Assembly: GCA_013265495.1 (NCBI GenBank)
Contig: MU058423.1
Coordinates: forward strand, 9,967,627-10,001,488
Length of the DNA stretch: 33,862 bases
Source: Vicugna vicugna
Taxonomy: Eukaryota
Direction of reading: 5' to 3'
Numbering within the stretch: the stretch's first letter is position 1; each line of letters begins with the position of its first letter. Positions 12,131 through 23,416 of this stretch are shown in pieces. Under the pieces are notes generated by a model. That model was not told the DNA's origin and did no database searches. It saw only the letters and a list, made by a program, of their open reading frames with translations. The position numbers and the translations under genes were made by a program.

Positions 12131-12914
12131 GTGCTCACCTTCAAACATTTGACATTCACACTACCCTACTGTGAAGTCCACGCTGCCACACAGCTTCCTG
12201 CCCAACAGAGCTGAAGACATGTATCATTGAATTCATGACATGCACAGATCCCACCTGAACATAAAAACTGATTGCTGATAACCTCCTATGAAAAAAACAA
12301 AAGCTGTCTATAACCATCCTGAAAGAAAGAAACTAGAACACTATTCAACCTTGGCACTGGGTCCGTCTAACAATGTAACAGCATAGAGCTTTAAATAGCC
12401 TAGTACTTTATCCAAGTAAGTCAGTCACTATTTAAATAAACACTGAAATAATGTGTAAAATACATTTTGTAGGTGTCCCGAATCCAACCCATTGAGAATG
12501 GTCAAGAAGAAAACGCACAGGGAACGTCCTTTAAAGACTGTCTTGCAAGGCTCTTCAGCTGGATAATGGGACTCAGCCACTGTGAACACCTTCAATTAAG
12601 GCAATAAACGTATGTGCGCTCGAGCGCACTGGGCTTGGAGTTGGGTTGCAAATCTAAGGCAAATACAAAAAAAAAAAAAATGCGTCCTTCTCTGCAGGTT
12701 TCCATTACAACCAAAATGGATCCAGACACTTGGTGGTTTTGGTTGTCATTGTTATTTTTATTATTTAGCATTCAAATATATATTGCTTTTTCACTGATTT
12801 TTTTTACCCATTAATGGGAATTTAGCATTCCTCAACCAAATAGCCCTTCATTGTAGTGACTTTTTTGTTTTCTTCCCTAAAGTGCTCTTTTTGCATTTCT
12901 CTCTCTTTTTTCAG

Positions 12915-12938
12915 AGAAGTAGCAGATCTTGTTAGGTG
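12915..12938 (+). other. Candidate short exon (or start of an alternative last exon) of an unidentified gene
   Basis: Long pyrimidine tract ending ctctctcttttttcag at 12914. Possible donors TAG|gtggca (21 nt) or GTG|gcaagt (GC donor, 24 nt). AATAAA at 12968 and 13035. Confidence 0.3.
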
Positions 12939-13659
12939 GCAAGTTGTCACCAAATTGTCATGTCATAAATAAATGACAGTTTTTAAGTAACTTTTTAAAA
13001 TTACAAAGTGTAATTTATACAAATGGAGGCTTAGAATAAATAGTAAAATGGAGATTTTCACATAGAACTTAAAGCTTCAAAAACTGGCGTAGAGGCTTAG
13101 TGTTGGCCGAAACTGCTTTTCAGAAACACGTGCTTACTGTTCCATGGGACCTCTGCACTCAAGGACTAGATTCAGTATTTTGCTCACTGGTTTGCTGTGG
13201 ACTTGAATGAACACTTTCTAATGGATGTAGCATAGTCTGATCTTCAACTCTCTGGACTCAAGCTCTGTTATCTCCACTATGAGCCTCTGTATATGCAATT
13301 GCATTGATAAATTACATGACCGCTTTTTTCTTGTGACTCGAAATTAAGCTTTTATGCATGAGTTTTGGGTTTGCTTACTGAGTGTTTGCACTATCGTCTA
13401 CTAATAAGATTTATTTGGTGTTGCATATTAGGAAATCAGCCAGATTCAAAAAAAACCTTTGTCACCGAATTTGCTTCATAGGGAGTCCATTTCTCAAGAC
13501 AGGTGATCTGAAAAATATTAAGTGCAATTCTAGTTTGTTTGTTTTTTTTTTATATTACTGAGAAAAATGCCAATGGGGACGTGAGCAACATCATAACTTC
13601 CTGCACTGGGATTTGAATATTTCAAATCATTGCATTTACATACAGGTTAATTGTTATAA

Positions 13660-14900
13660 TATAGAATCACAGAGTCTTATAGATGGTAAGGACGTTCTTA
13701 TCCTTTCTCTAGATTCTTTCAGGGGAAAACACCCCTGTACTAGACGAGAATTCAACTTACTTCTTAAAGCCTGCTGAGATTAATAATCCATCTCGTTCCC
13801 TCTGTAGTGTGGGTTCATTTGCTCTCAGTGACATTAAAGAGCAGATGGCCCCTGTGCTCTCTGTGTACTTCTTTCATGTGCTTAGAAACTATTATTAAAT
13901 CTCCCTTTAATTTTCTCTTCCCTATGCACAGTCACTTCAGTGTTTTATTTCATGTTTCTCTCTCAACGACCACTTTTAAATGATAAGCCCTGAGCAGAAC
14001 GCTTCTAGTTCCAGTCAGATAGGAAAAATCATCTTAGAACTTCAGTGTGATGTGAAAACAAAAGGGTGCTTATTGGGAAAAAGCAGGAAGTTCCCCAGAG
14101 CCCTGGGATCTAAAAGTGAAGTCAGCCTGGAAACAAATTGTTACCTCGGAATTTAACCTGGTAATGACTTCGCATAAAGAAAAGGGCAATACTGTTTGGA
14201 ATTTACGGACAGTGAAGGGAAGATCCAGGCCACTGAAACGCGCTTTTAAATGCCAAGACTGAACCCAGAGCTTCCTGGATCTCAACAGCACACAGAGTCA
14301 TCTGTCCAATGCCTTCTGTCTAAGGGGCCCTTGTCTCGCTGTGTGGGAAGCCCCGGTTTAAGCCTGCTGTCCTTGTAGATGACGAGCATCCCACTGCCCT
14401 CATCATGCCCAGGCTTAGGCGGTAATTCTCCCTACAGTCACTGCACGTTTCTTTGTCACTCTGTCCAGCTTGTGCGTGTCACTTAGTTTTCCATCTGCGT
14501 CTGTTCTCCCTTGCTTTGATTATTGGTGATTTGTTCCTTTGTTTCTTTGCTTTATTAAGGTCTTTTAATATTTCAATTTTCCTGCCAAGGTGATGGCTGT
14601 CCCCTTCACTCAGGATCATCTTAGCAAATGTAATGAGCCTTGTGGACACATTATTTAGGTTAAGGGAACAGTCATACTTAGGCCAGTGGCCTTTGGAGCA
14701 CCATTCATTTTCTCTCTTTTTTAAAATCTCCCTTCCTTTCTTTCTACTGTCACTTCTTCACCCTTTTTCTACCCACCGGTCACCACTGACTGATTAATCT
14801 TCAATTTATATCTTAACATCTTCCCAGCAATTCCTAGGTGCTCGATCCTGTCCAGAGGAGTGACAACTTTGTCAGTTTTACACTGAAACACTGTATATCA
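13660..14900 (-). mobile_element. Highly diverged L3/CR1 LINE fragments (patchy)
   Basis: 'tatagaatcacagagtcttatagatgg', 'ctttcatgtgcttagaaactattattaaatctccctttaattttctcttc', 'catcttagcaaatgtaatgagc', 'cctttggagcacca' resemble antisense L3. Confidence 0.35.
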
Positions 14901-16262
14901 CGTTGTCTTTTCTCGGTTCCCAGATTTCAAGTCCCCATGGGGCCACTGGAAATAAAACTATGATGTTCTGTCTCCACAGTTCTTAGGCCCTTCATTCAGT
15001 CTTAGCAGGTCACATGACTCTGACAAATCTTTTTTTGTCCTAAAGTCATACTTGTGCTTTTGTAAGGAAAACTCAAGAAAACTTGGAGATGGGCTGCTGA
15101 ATTCACCAACATTTTCATCATGCAGTTTTTAAATGGGAACTTAAAGTTTCTAAGGTCGGATCAGGAGTTAATGAAGAAGTCAGCGTGCTCTGCTCCCTAC
15201 TAGTTCTTACCGATATTGTTTTTCTCTGGGTTTAAGTGGACCCAGCCTAGAAAATAATGCCATAAGCAGTCATCAGTGATAGCCTTCTAGTTGTGGTTAA
15301 TATGCCTCAATTCAGTGAAAATGAATTTTAGTTTATTCACACACATTTTAAAAATGTTTTAGCTATTTAAGACACTTTAACTTGAAAAGAGCTTCATATA
15401 CTTGGAAGAAATCTCATGGCCTGCATTCATTCCATGAAATTTTATTTATGACGTCTTTAGAGAGTCAAAACTACTATGAAAAATGTTCAAAACAGAAAAT
15501 ATGATATTTAAAAAAAACCCTTTGTAATGCTGCTGTTACTGGTTGGGGCTGACACTTACGCTAGCTCTTGACATGACCTACATGTGACATGATTAATTAT
15601 GTCATTGATTTTCTGCTGCAGTATTTCAGCAGCCGTGGTATGGCCGATTGTGTGTATGAAAGCATTTAAATATTAGTCGTCCCACATGGTTTCTTTGTAC
15701 ACAATTCTGTTGCTTAAAAAAAAAAAGTCAAAAGTCTCTGAGAAGAATTCTCTGGTTGAGGTAAACACAGAGACTGCGGTCTGCAGTCTGGCATCATGCA
15801 TCAGAAATGAAGTGTTTGAGTAGATCTTTGTCAACCAGCAAATGCCATTTCAGTCTGAACATTTCACCACTCATTCTCTGCCATCTGTCTCTCAGGGAGT
15901 AATTAATCTGAAACTCCAACGTGCAGCAATCAAATTCCATGAACACTGAACAGAATATTAACGTGCCCAGCTTTGCCGCTGTCATCTCTCCACATTTCAG
16001 TGTTAATTCTGACTAAGGCAAATGTAACATTATAATCTATTTGGTTAATTAAGAACCTTGAATAAAATATATAATGAGCAGCTTAATTTATTGACCCATA
16101 TATGCAACTCATTCTACTAAAGCTGTATTTTTTTTTTGCAATTTAAACCTCTATGAGCTACAGTTTTATCTCCGGCTAATGATTATTTGTAAAAGCACTA
16201 AAACTTTGACGAGGCCAGTTTTCCCAGGGCTCTGACTCTTCAATTCCTTTCTCTCTGTGCAG

Positions 16263-16295
16263 AACCACATCACCGCCTTTGCAGAAGTCACATGA
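16263..16295 (+). CDS. Possible coding part of a terminal exon (NHITAFAEVT*, if phase 0); gene not identified
   Basis: Branch point CTGAC 16232-16236, tract 'tcttcaattcctttctctctgtgcag', AG at 16261-16262; phase-0 reading ends at TGA 16293-16295. The frame is unverified and other phases give longer tails. Confidence 0.4.
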   Translation, partial: NHITAFAEVT

Positions 16296-16436
16296 TATTG
16301 AAGGAGATGGTCCTTCACTGCACTGGACGTCATCCCTCTTCACCGTCCATTCATAACACCCGAAGTGTGTTTGATTACAGAAGCCGTTTCTAAAGTTGTC
16401 CGATCGTTTTTATAATTTAAAAATCAGTTGTCAACT

Positions 16437-16575
16437 TCTCTGTTTCCCCCACTAGACTGTGAGCTCCTCAAGGGCAGGACCGTGTCTTTTCTCTTCTCTG
16501 TGTCCCCAGCACTTAGAGCAACACCTCACATAAAGTAGGTGTTCAGCAAAACGTGATGACCGATGAACAAATTCA
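16437..16575 (+). mobile_element. L2 3' end embedded in the putative 3'UTR
   Basis: 'cccactagactgtgagctcctcaagggcaggaccgtgtc...tgtgtccccagcactta...cacataaagtaggtgttcagcaaa...gatgaacaa' is the classic L2 terminus. Confidence 0.9.
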
Positions 16576-16959
16576 TTCTGAAATAAAACGTTCACTTTAG
16601 TTTCTCACAGAATCCCTGGGCTCTGTGAAAAGAAACCTCTACACGAGTCATCTTTGTGTAAGAAATCCCTCCACTGGGGGCTAGTTAGCTTTTTAATTTT
16701 TCATATCTCTTCTTATTCGGCAGTAGACCATGTTTCATTTGAAGTGGACTTTGAACGTCATGGGGGTTTTTATCTTATGATTTAGCATGACCTTGTTTCC
16801 GTTCTAACAGATTTCAGTGTGTGAAATTACTTTTAGAAAGTATGTTCTGTACTAAAATAATGTTTGCACATTATATTATGCTCTATTTCACTTAAAATAC
16901 CATTCATACTATAAATTCTAAGACTGGTGCTTCTGCTTTTGAAGGGGAAAATGCCAATT

Positions 16960-17055
16960 TTTACTGTAATAAGTAATGTATCATAATTAAAAATTATTTA
17001 TTTGGATTTTTGTTCCTGACAATTGTGGCTTAATTGTTAACTTGTAGTTTTTGAA
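16960..17055 (+). terminator. Putative cleavage/polyadenylation site
   Basis: Two upstream TGTA motifs, ATTAAA at 16986-16991, then a U/GU-rich downstream element (tttggatttttgttcc...ttgtggctt...ttgtagtttttg). Confidence 0.5.
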
Positions 17056-17309
17056 CGTGGGGAGTGTGTAGAATAGTCTGAGTGAGTAAATCCAGCAAAG
17101 GTACCTATTTATTGAGCAATTTTCCACTGATAACAGTGTCTAAAGAGGTCAAAGTCTCCATTCTTAGGCTGTTTACTAGTCAAGTTTCCACATAATTTAA
17201 ATAGGAGAGAATCACACCCTGACAACGTAATTTAAATTATATAAATGTAAGAAATGTACCTAACGAATTTTACTTTGCATATGTGTGCTACTTTATAGTT
17301 ACAAAATAC

Positions 17310-17495
17310 ATTATCATTTTTTATTTCATTTAATCCTCACAATAACCCTGGGTGAACATTAAAAGGATGGCTTTAGTTTTACAGGTGAGAAAAATGAAGA
17401 CAAGGCGGGGTAAATTATGTGCCCAGTTCCACACACCTGGTAAGAGGCGGTTAAAATTTAAATTCCGATGTTCTGACCCTGAACCAGTATTCTTT
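17310..17495 (-). mobile_element. MIR SINE
   Basis: 'tcatttaatcctcacaataaccct...ttttacaggtgagaaaatgaagacaagg...gtaaattatgtgcccag'. Confidence 0.8.
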
Positions 17496-20117
17496 TTAAA
17501 TACACCACAGCTGACATATCATTCTGGACACGTCGAGGCCTTTCAGAGGTCAGTGGAGTCTTGGGCAACTACCCATGTTTTTGAAAAATCAAGAAATGCC
17601 AAAATAGAGTTACAGAAGTTCTGCTGTACTTTGAACATTTGTGTTTTAAGAATGAACACTTTTCAAAACACAACAACATGCTAACCAGGTTATAATCCTA
17701 TTTTAAAAGAATGTCAAGAGTATAGGTGTGAGGTCTTTTGTAAAGTCAAAACCTAAATCTCATGTCTCTCCTGCAGCCCTCACCCCCATGCCCTGGTCCC
17801 CACCCGTCAGGAGAGGCCCCGAGGGTTACATTCAGCATGTAGAATTAAGGACAAAAATCATGACACTATAATGAAGATGAACTGGCGTATGAGAAAACCA
17901 CTCAATGTACTCTTCCACAATAACGTCATGATTTTTAAAGCTACATGGAGTAGCTTTGTCTTATATGAGAAGTTGTTAGTTGCTGAAAATATTCTTCCTA
18001 ACCTTGACAGAACTAAAGGAAATAAACTTTTAATTTTCTCTGTAATTCCGACAGAAATCAGAAAATAAACATAACCAAAGATGTGCCCATTACTCCCAAA
18101 ATAGACGCACTTACACTCTTTTTCATCACTGTGGGAGTTAAAATGCTTTTAGAAGGGCCAAAAAAAAAAAAAGATTAATATTTCTACCTTTTAGACTCCT
18201 ATAGGAAATTCAATTCTGGTGGAAATTTAGAACACAAAAAAGCTTAGAATGCCTTGACCCTCTAAAAGACTTTGTAGGCAATAACAGTGATGGGGCATTC
18301 ACTTACGGGAAACAAAAGTGGAAGGGAGGCAGGATTACCAGTAAGACTTAAAGACTTAGCTGAGATCTCTCGGTCTGGCCGCAGCTTTCAAGGAACCAAT
18401 TAGTCACAGTTTTCCTGTTGGAAACCTTACCTGTACATGCATACAAATGTTGTCTCTTTGTACCATGCTAAACCTGGTCTGAATTCAGGAGTTAGAAATT
18501 CCTCAGAAATCCAGATTTAAACCAGGATCAGAGTAAGGTCATCTGCAATATTTAAATGTCATGGACCCAAGATTGTGCAATGAATGATCTTGCCATGAAG
18601 GAAATTCAGAAGAATAAGAAGATATACACGCATAAGGCAAAAAGCCAGCAAAGGGCCCTTACCCACAATGCCATTACTGAGAATAATGAAAAACGCGTCC
18701 AAGAAAATGTTAACTTGTGAATATGTATATATATAGTCTAGTAAAAGCAGGCAAACACGTATCTTTCTGATAAAGACATCTTTTTATTCTCCTTACTGGG
18801 GACCCAGGTCAGTATAAATTGGTCAGTCTGAAAATTTCAGTAGTCTCTGTTTGCATGGCAGAAATTCTGCACATGTTTTATCTGATTCCTAAGATGATTT
18901 AAAAGGCTCTTTTATGTTAAAAGAGAGGTGAACCTTCTTCGACAGACTCTGCCTATTCCACTTCCAACTGGGCCTCTCTTTTCTCAGGATCTATCCTAGC
19001 CAAATATCTCACTTACATTTACCATACGGCTTCCTTTGTGAAAGAGCAGTAGGGGAGGAGAGCATTCTCTGCTGTGCATTGTATTTTTCAAATAAAATTC
19101 TAAAAACTAAATTTAAAAAAATTAAGTTTGATTATTTCCCCCCATGTATTAATTCTTTCTCGGGTCAGAGGAATAAAGAATGTCTCCTACTGTGATGGAA
19201 GTCAGATTGTCAGGGGGACTGGAGAATGTTTAGAAGGGGGTCCCAGTGGGTCAGACTGGACCAGTTCCTTGGGCAGCTCAGTGGCCCTCTGCATCCCACG
19301 GGCCATCCTGGGGTCTTACCAACCTCCTTACTGATGAATCACACCGCCCTGGAGACGATCTGGGATACTGAGCGGGTACCCAGTCTGTTCCATCGTCTGC
19401 CTCCATGTATGAGCAAGGTGCTAACAAATTGATGCAAATGACCTTGTTCCTGCCTCTAGGGCCCCACTCATTAAATGTTTATTGCCTGCTCTAGAAATGT
19501 GCCCTGGACGAACACCAAGTGGTTCTATCTGTGCCTTGCAAACACTGACCTCCTATTTGGCAGGCATGGTCTTTCTAATGAATTTTGTGAGTGTTGATTC
19601 TTTTAAAATAACAATTAGGGACATTTCTTCCCTATTTTAGGTGAATGATTCTCTTCTAACAAGAAAATATAAGAGTTTTCAAATTCTTCTTTCCTGTCCC
19701 CTTCACTTCAGAGTCCAGCTGACAGAGCCTCGGTACATGGTCGAGGTGTAAAAAAAATTGTTTGCTCCCCTTGCCCCAAGAGTTGTAAGCCATGGATGGA
19801 ATGTAAACTCAAAATTCACACCTCAAAGATGCCAGTGTTAATGAGGGTGATTCTTACAACACTATCCTTTGGCCTGTTCATCTTCATATTATTGCCTTTA
19901 TAAATACATTTCTATTTTCATTTTGCACTGAAACACCATCACTTGTAGAAAAAGGGAATTCTTTTTTCTTCCCAGGAGGGAAGAAAGTGCATTTTTAATT
20001 TGATATTTAAAAAAAAGGAAAACCTTCCCAAACTTTGAGATACTTTGAACATTAATCATTCCCCTAGAGGTATTGCTCTTGCTCAAGAAGCAAGAGCTTT
20101 CAGCCTTGCTTTCAGCC

Positions 20118-20240
20118 TTCACTCATCCAGCAAATATTTATAGAGTGATTCTGGACACCAGGTAACTTGCCACATGCGGACAGAACAGTGGTTAGAAAAG
20201 AGAGACGTGGTCCCTACTTCTCCAGATTGGATATTTTAGC
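20118..20240 (-). mobile_element. L2 3' end fragment
   Basis: 'ttcactcatccagcaaatatttatagag...gagacgtggtccctacttc'. Confidence 0.55.
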
Positions 20241-20963
20241 AGCCCTGACACTGGTGGTGCTCTAAGAGGTCTGTTTAAAGTTAAGGTGGGAGAATTGGCT
20301 TGGAGTTTGACTCTCAAGACTAAGCAAAGGACATTTTTATTGATTACAACAGCTAAAGTTAAAAAAAAAAAAACCTCTCTCTATAAACATCATTGTATAA
20401 TTCGACTATTGTTAAGCTTTAAAAAGAAGTCCTAAATATTATAATAATAAGTACCCACTACTCCTCACAAACCTATGATTTACCCGAACCATTAGTCTAG
20501 TCTGAGCTGAGTTCACTCACGCATCCCTGACCACAGACTTCGTGCAGCTAAACTTAAAAATGTTCAGGCAGTGCCCAACCGAGCTGAGTTCCTCAGTGTG
20601 CTGAGTGTGGGTTTCTCCTGCTTATCAACAGGAGATGACAACAAACAGCAGGCTCACTGTATCTGAGCCAGAAGAGCCTCCCCAGTCTCCAGCTGTACCC
20701 CAAAGTGCCTTTGAGATAAACTGGCTTGAGAACTATACATGCGGTACTCAACTGAGAGCAACGGGGAGTTCACAGAAGCTCTCCTCGGTTCTCCCAGAAA
20801 AAGCCTTCTAGGTCTTCTCCTGTAAGCACAAAAGGGGTGGGGGAGAGAAGGAGAAAAAACATCTGTGCAAAAAGAGGAGGAAATAGATCACAGCAAAAGA
20901 ATAACCCCCCCCAAAAAAAGAAAAAGAATAATTGAAATATAAGACCAGCTTATGGTACATTGA

Positions 20964-20986
20964 TGTGTGTGTGTGTTGTGTGTGTG
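20964..20986. repeat. (TG)n microsatellite, interrupted
   Basis: tgtgtgtgtgtgttgtgtgtgtg. Confidence 0.8.
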
Positions 20987-21030
20987 CTCCTTTTGTGCAA
21001 CTCTGATTTTCAGAACTCCAATTACCATGG

Positions 21031-21392
21031 TGCTATGGACTAAATATTCATGCCCCCCACCCCAGATTCATATGTTAAAGCCTGAACCCCCCGTGTGAGG
21101 GTATTTGGAGATGGGGGCTTTGGGAGCTAATCAGGTCACACGGTGGAGCCCTCTTGTTGTTGGTGCCCTTATGAGAGAGCTCGCTCCCTGGCTCGCTGCT
21201 CTCCACCGGGTGAGGATAGAAGACGGCTGTCTGCAAACCAGGAAGATGGCTCTCGTCAGACACCAGATCTGCGGGCACCTTGATCTTGGACTTCACAGCC
21301 TCTGGTCCTGTGAGAAATAAATATTCGTTGTTAACGTTTGTTATTACCCAGTCTGCAGTATGTTGTTAGAGTAGCTCAAACTATCTAAGAGA
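21031..21392 (+). mobile_element. MLT1A-like solo LTR with intact 5-bp TSD
   Basis: Starts 'tgctatggactaaat', contains 'gcaccttgatcttggacttc' and 'gtgagaaataaa', ends 'ctaagaga'; CATGG flanks both sides (21026-21030, 21393-21397). Confidence 0.9.
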
Positions 21393-22229
21393 CATGGTTT
21401 AGTTTAATAACACCACTCCCCCAACAACAGGGTTCAAATTTTACTGGTATAACTGAGTAATTGCACAAAGTACAATGTTACTGACAGCTCCTCAGTTCGT
21501 AAATCACTAAGTAAACAGCACACACACATATTGATCAGTGACTCATCATGTCACTTTTTTTGAGTCGGCCAGTGGTCACTGCCCACGTGTCATTCTGTTC
21601 TCACACAGACAACAAAGCACACCGTTGTGTTGATCTCTTGCCTCCCAGGGAGAAATCCATGTGACATTTTTTAAAAAATACACAACTGAAAGAGGGAACA
21701 AGCTAACAAAGATGGAAGTGCAGCAAAGAAGAAAATATGATAACACAGAAAAGGAAACTCCAATCAAATGTAGATGGAGCAATAGAAGACAGCTGACCGC
21801 AGGAGTGCTGACACCAGCACCCTGTCTGGGAGCCTCTAGAAATGCAGCGAGAGGAATTGAGTAAATGTGAGTGTATTGATAAAAATGAGGAAAGCGACTG
21901 TTAGGAAAGTGACGGTATCCCCGAGGAAGTGATTCTGGCAGAAAAACTTTACATTAAAGGAACTCTGAGAGATACTTCACAGCATTGAAAGTGCAAAGGA
22001 TAAAATATTTGTAAGCTTAGAAAGGTGTAGGACACTTAGCCAAGGCAGAGAGAAAACAGTCACCGTGCATTCAGGTATATGACAGGAGGAAGGCAGCGAG
22101 CTGGTTCAAATTGCTCTGGATAAAAGTTTTACAAAGAAATAAAACATTTAATTCTCAATGTTTCTAATGTTTCAAATCACTATGTACTAAATAAATACTA
22201 GTTTGCTAATTTTTCCATTTCCCCACACA

Positions 22230-22470
22230 TTTTTTAATTCTTATTTTTTATTTATGTGTAGTCAATTTACAATGTTAGTTTCAGCTGTACAGCAAAGTAA
22301 TTCCATTACACCTATACATACATATATACATATAGATTTTTCTCAGGTTCTTTTGCATTACAGCTCATCACAAGAAATCGAATACAGTTCCCTGTGCGAT
22401 AAGTAGGTCCTAATTTTTTATCTATTGTATATATAATAGTGTATATCTGTTAATCCCAAACTCCTAATCT
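22230..22470 (-). mobile_element. 5'-truncated cetartiodactyl-type L1 3' end
   Basis: 'tagtcaatttacaatgttagtttcagctgtacagcaaagt...aatacagttccctgtgc...tatctgttaatcccaaactcctaa' is the reverse counterpart of the L1 tail at 29070-29287. Confidence 0.8.
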
Positions 22471-22652
22471 ACTTAAAATTGTCAGTAAGAGAGTTCTAAA
22501 TGTTTTGGGAAAAAAAAAGGTAACAGATTAATTGCAATATTTCCCATTGTTTATTAAGATCTTTTTGCAGGGATTCCGTTTATGCGGTCATTCTTGTAGT
22601 CCCACCCTACTGTACAAAGTAAAGACTGCCTGTCTATATGGATATGGAGATA

Positions 22653-22678
22653 TACACACACACACACATACACACACA
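22653..22678. repeat. (CA)n microsatellite
   Basis: tacacacacacacacatacacacaca. Confidence 0.85.
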
Positions 22679-22884
22679 TCTCTGTATACAACGAGACACC
22701 TAAAGAGATCTATATATCAGCACACAGAGACGTATCTTAAATCTCTAATGTAAATATAATAAAGCTTTATTTTCAAAAGAAACATCTATAATTTATATTA
22801 ATACATAAGAACTTCATAATCTCATAGTTGCTCATTATTAGATCTTTTTATTGCAGTTGTTCCAACACTTATTTTTATATGATC

Positions 22885-22970
22885 AAATTAAGAAGTACTG
22901 GTCTGTCAGTTACAACGTGTCCGTTTCTGCTGTACAGCACAATGTCCCAGCCATGCATATACATACTTCA
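22885..22970 (-). mobile_element. Very short L1 3' tail fragment
   Basis: 'gtcagttacaacgtgtccgtttctgctgtacagcacaatgtcccagccatgcatatacatac'. Confidence 0.55.
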
Positions 22971-23416
22971 CTGAAACACACACAGAAATACTGGTCCCAT
23001 CAATGGAGAGAAATGCAATTGTTTTCGCGTGCTACTCTCGGCCATTCAGACTATTCAGCAGAAGAGAGATCAAGAAAAGTGATTTTTTTCCAAACCACTC
23101 AAGCTTGGTACTTGGGATCATCTTTGTAAATTATATTGTGCACATTCTGGCTCACTACATAAATATACATAATTTAACCTACCCAACCTGTGGAACATGA
23201 ATCACTTTTTGGTGCTCTAATAAAATAAAGCTCTTGAGTGTTATGAAGAGCTATACAAACTTTCCCTTGATCTTAAGAATTTCAGAAGCTATAATTGTTT
23301 ATTTGATTTTTTTTCCTATGCACCTTCTATGGCTTTCTCTGCCCTCTGCTGCTAATTCTCATTATTTCTTGCCTTGAATTTCTCTCTCTCAGCAACCTTC
23401 TCACCAGCTTCCTGTC

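Larger units (their letters stand above)
16263..17015 (+). other. Putative last exon with 3'UTR
   Basis: Canonical acceptor, no convincing downstream donor, AU-rich sequence, poly(A) signals AATAAA 16582-16587 and ATTAAA 16986-16991. Confidence 0.5.
20985..22632 (+). mobile_element. Internally deleted Tigger (pogo-family) DNA transposon hosting two later insertions
   Basis: Transposase remnants: N-terminal-like 'gcagcaaagaagaaaatatgataaca' and C-terminal VQIALDKSFTKK* (22104-22142), resembling the pogo/Tigger QxxLxxFF tail. Terminal 'tactgtacaaagtaaagactgcctg' is TIR-like. Confidence 0.7.

Noticed and set aside
12612..12814. Hydrophobic ORF (…WWFWLSLLFLLFSIQIYIAF…) suggesting a membrane micropeptide or tail anchor
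   Set aside because: Hydrophobicity follows from T-rich sequence, and the acceptor at 12697 has only a short tract after a poly-A run; unsupported without conservation data
21661..21864. ORF within the Tigger as a domesticated transposase
   Set aside because: Frameshifted and internally deleted; no intact HTH or DDD domain
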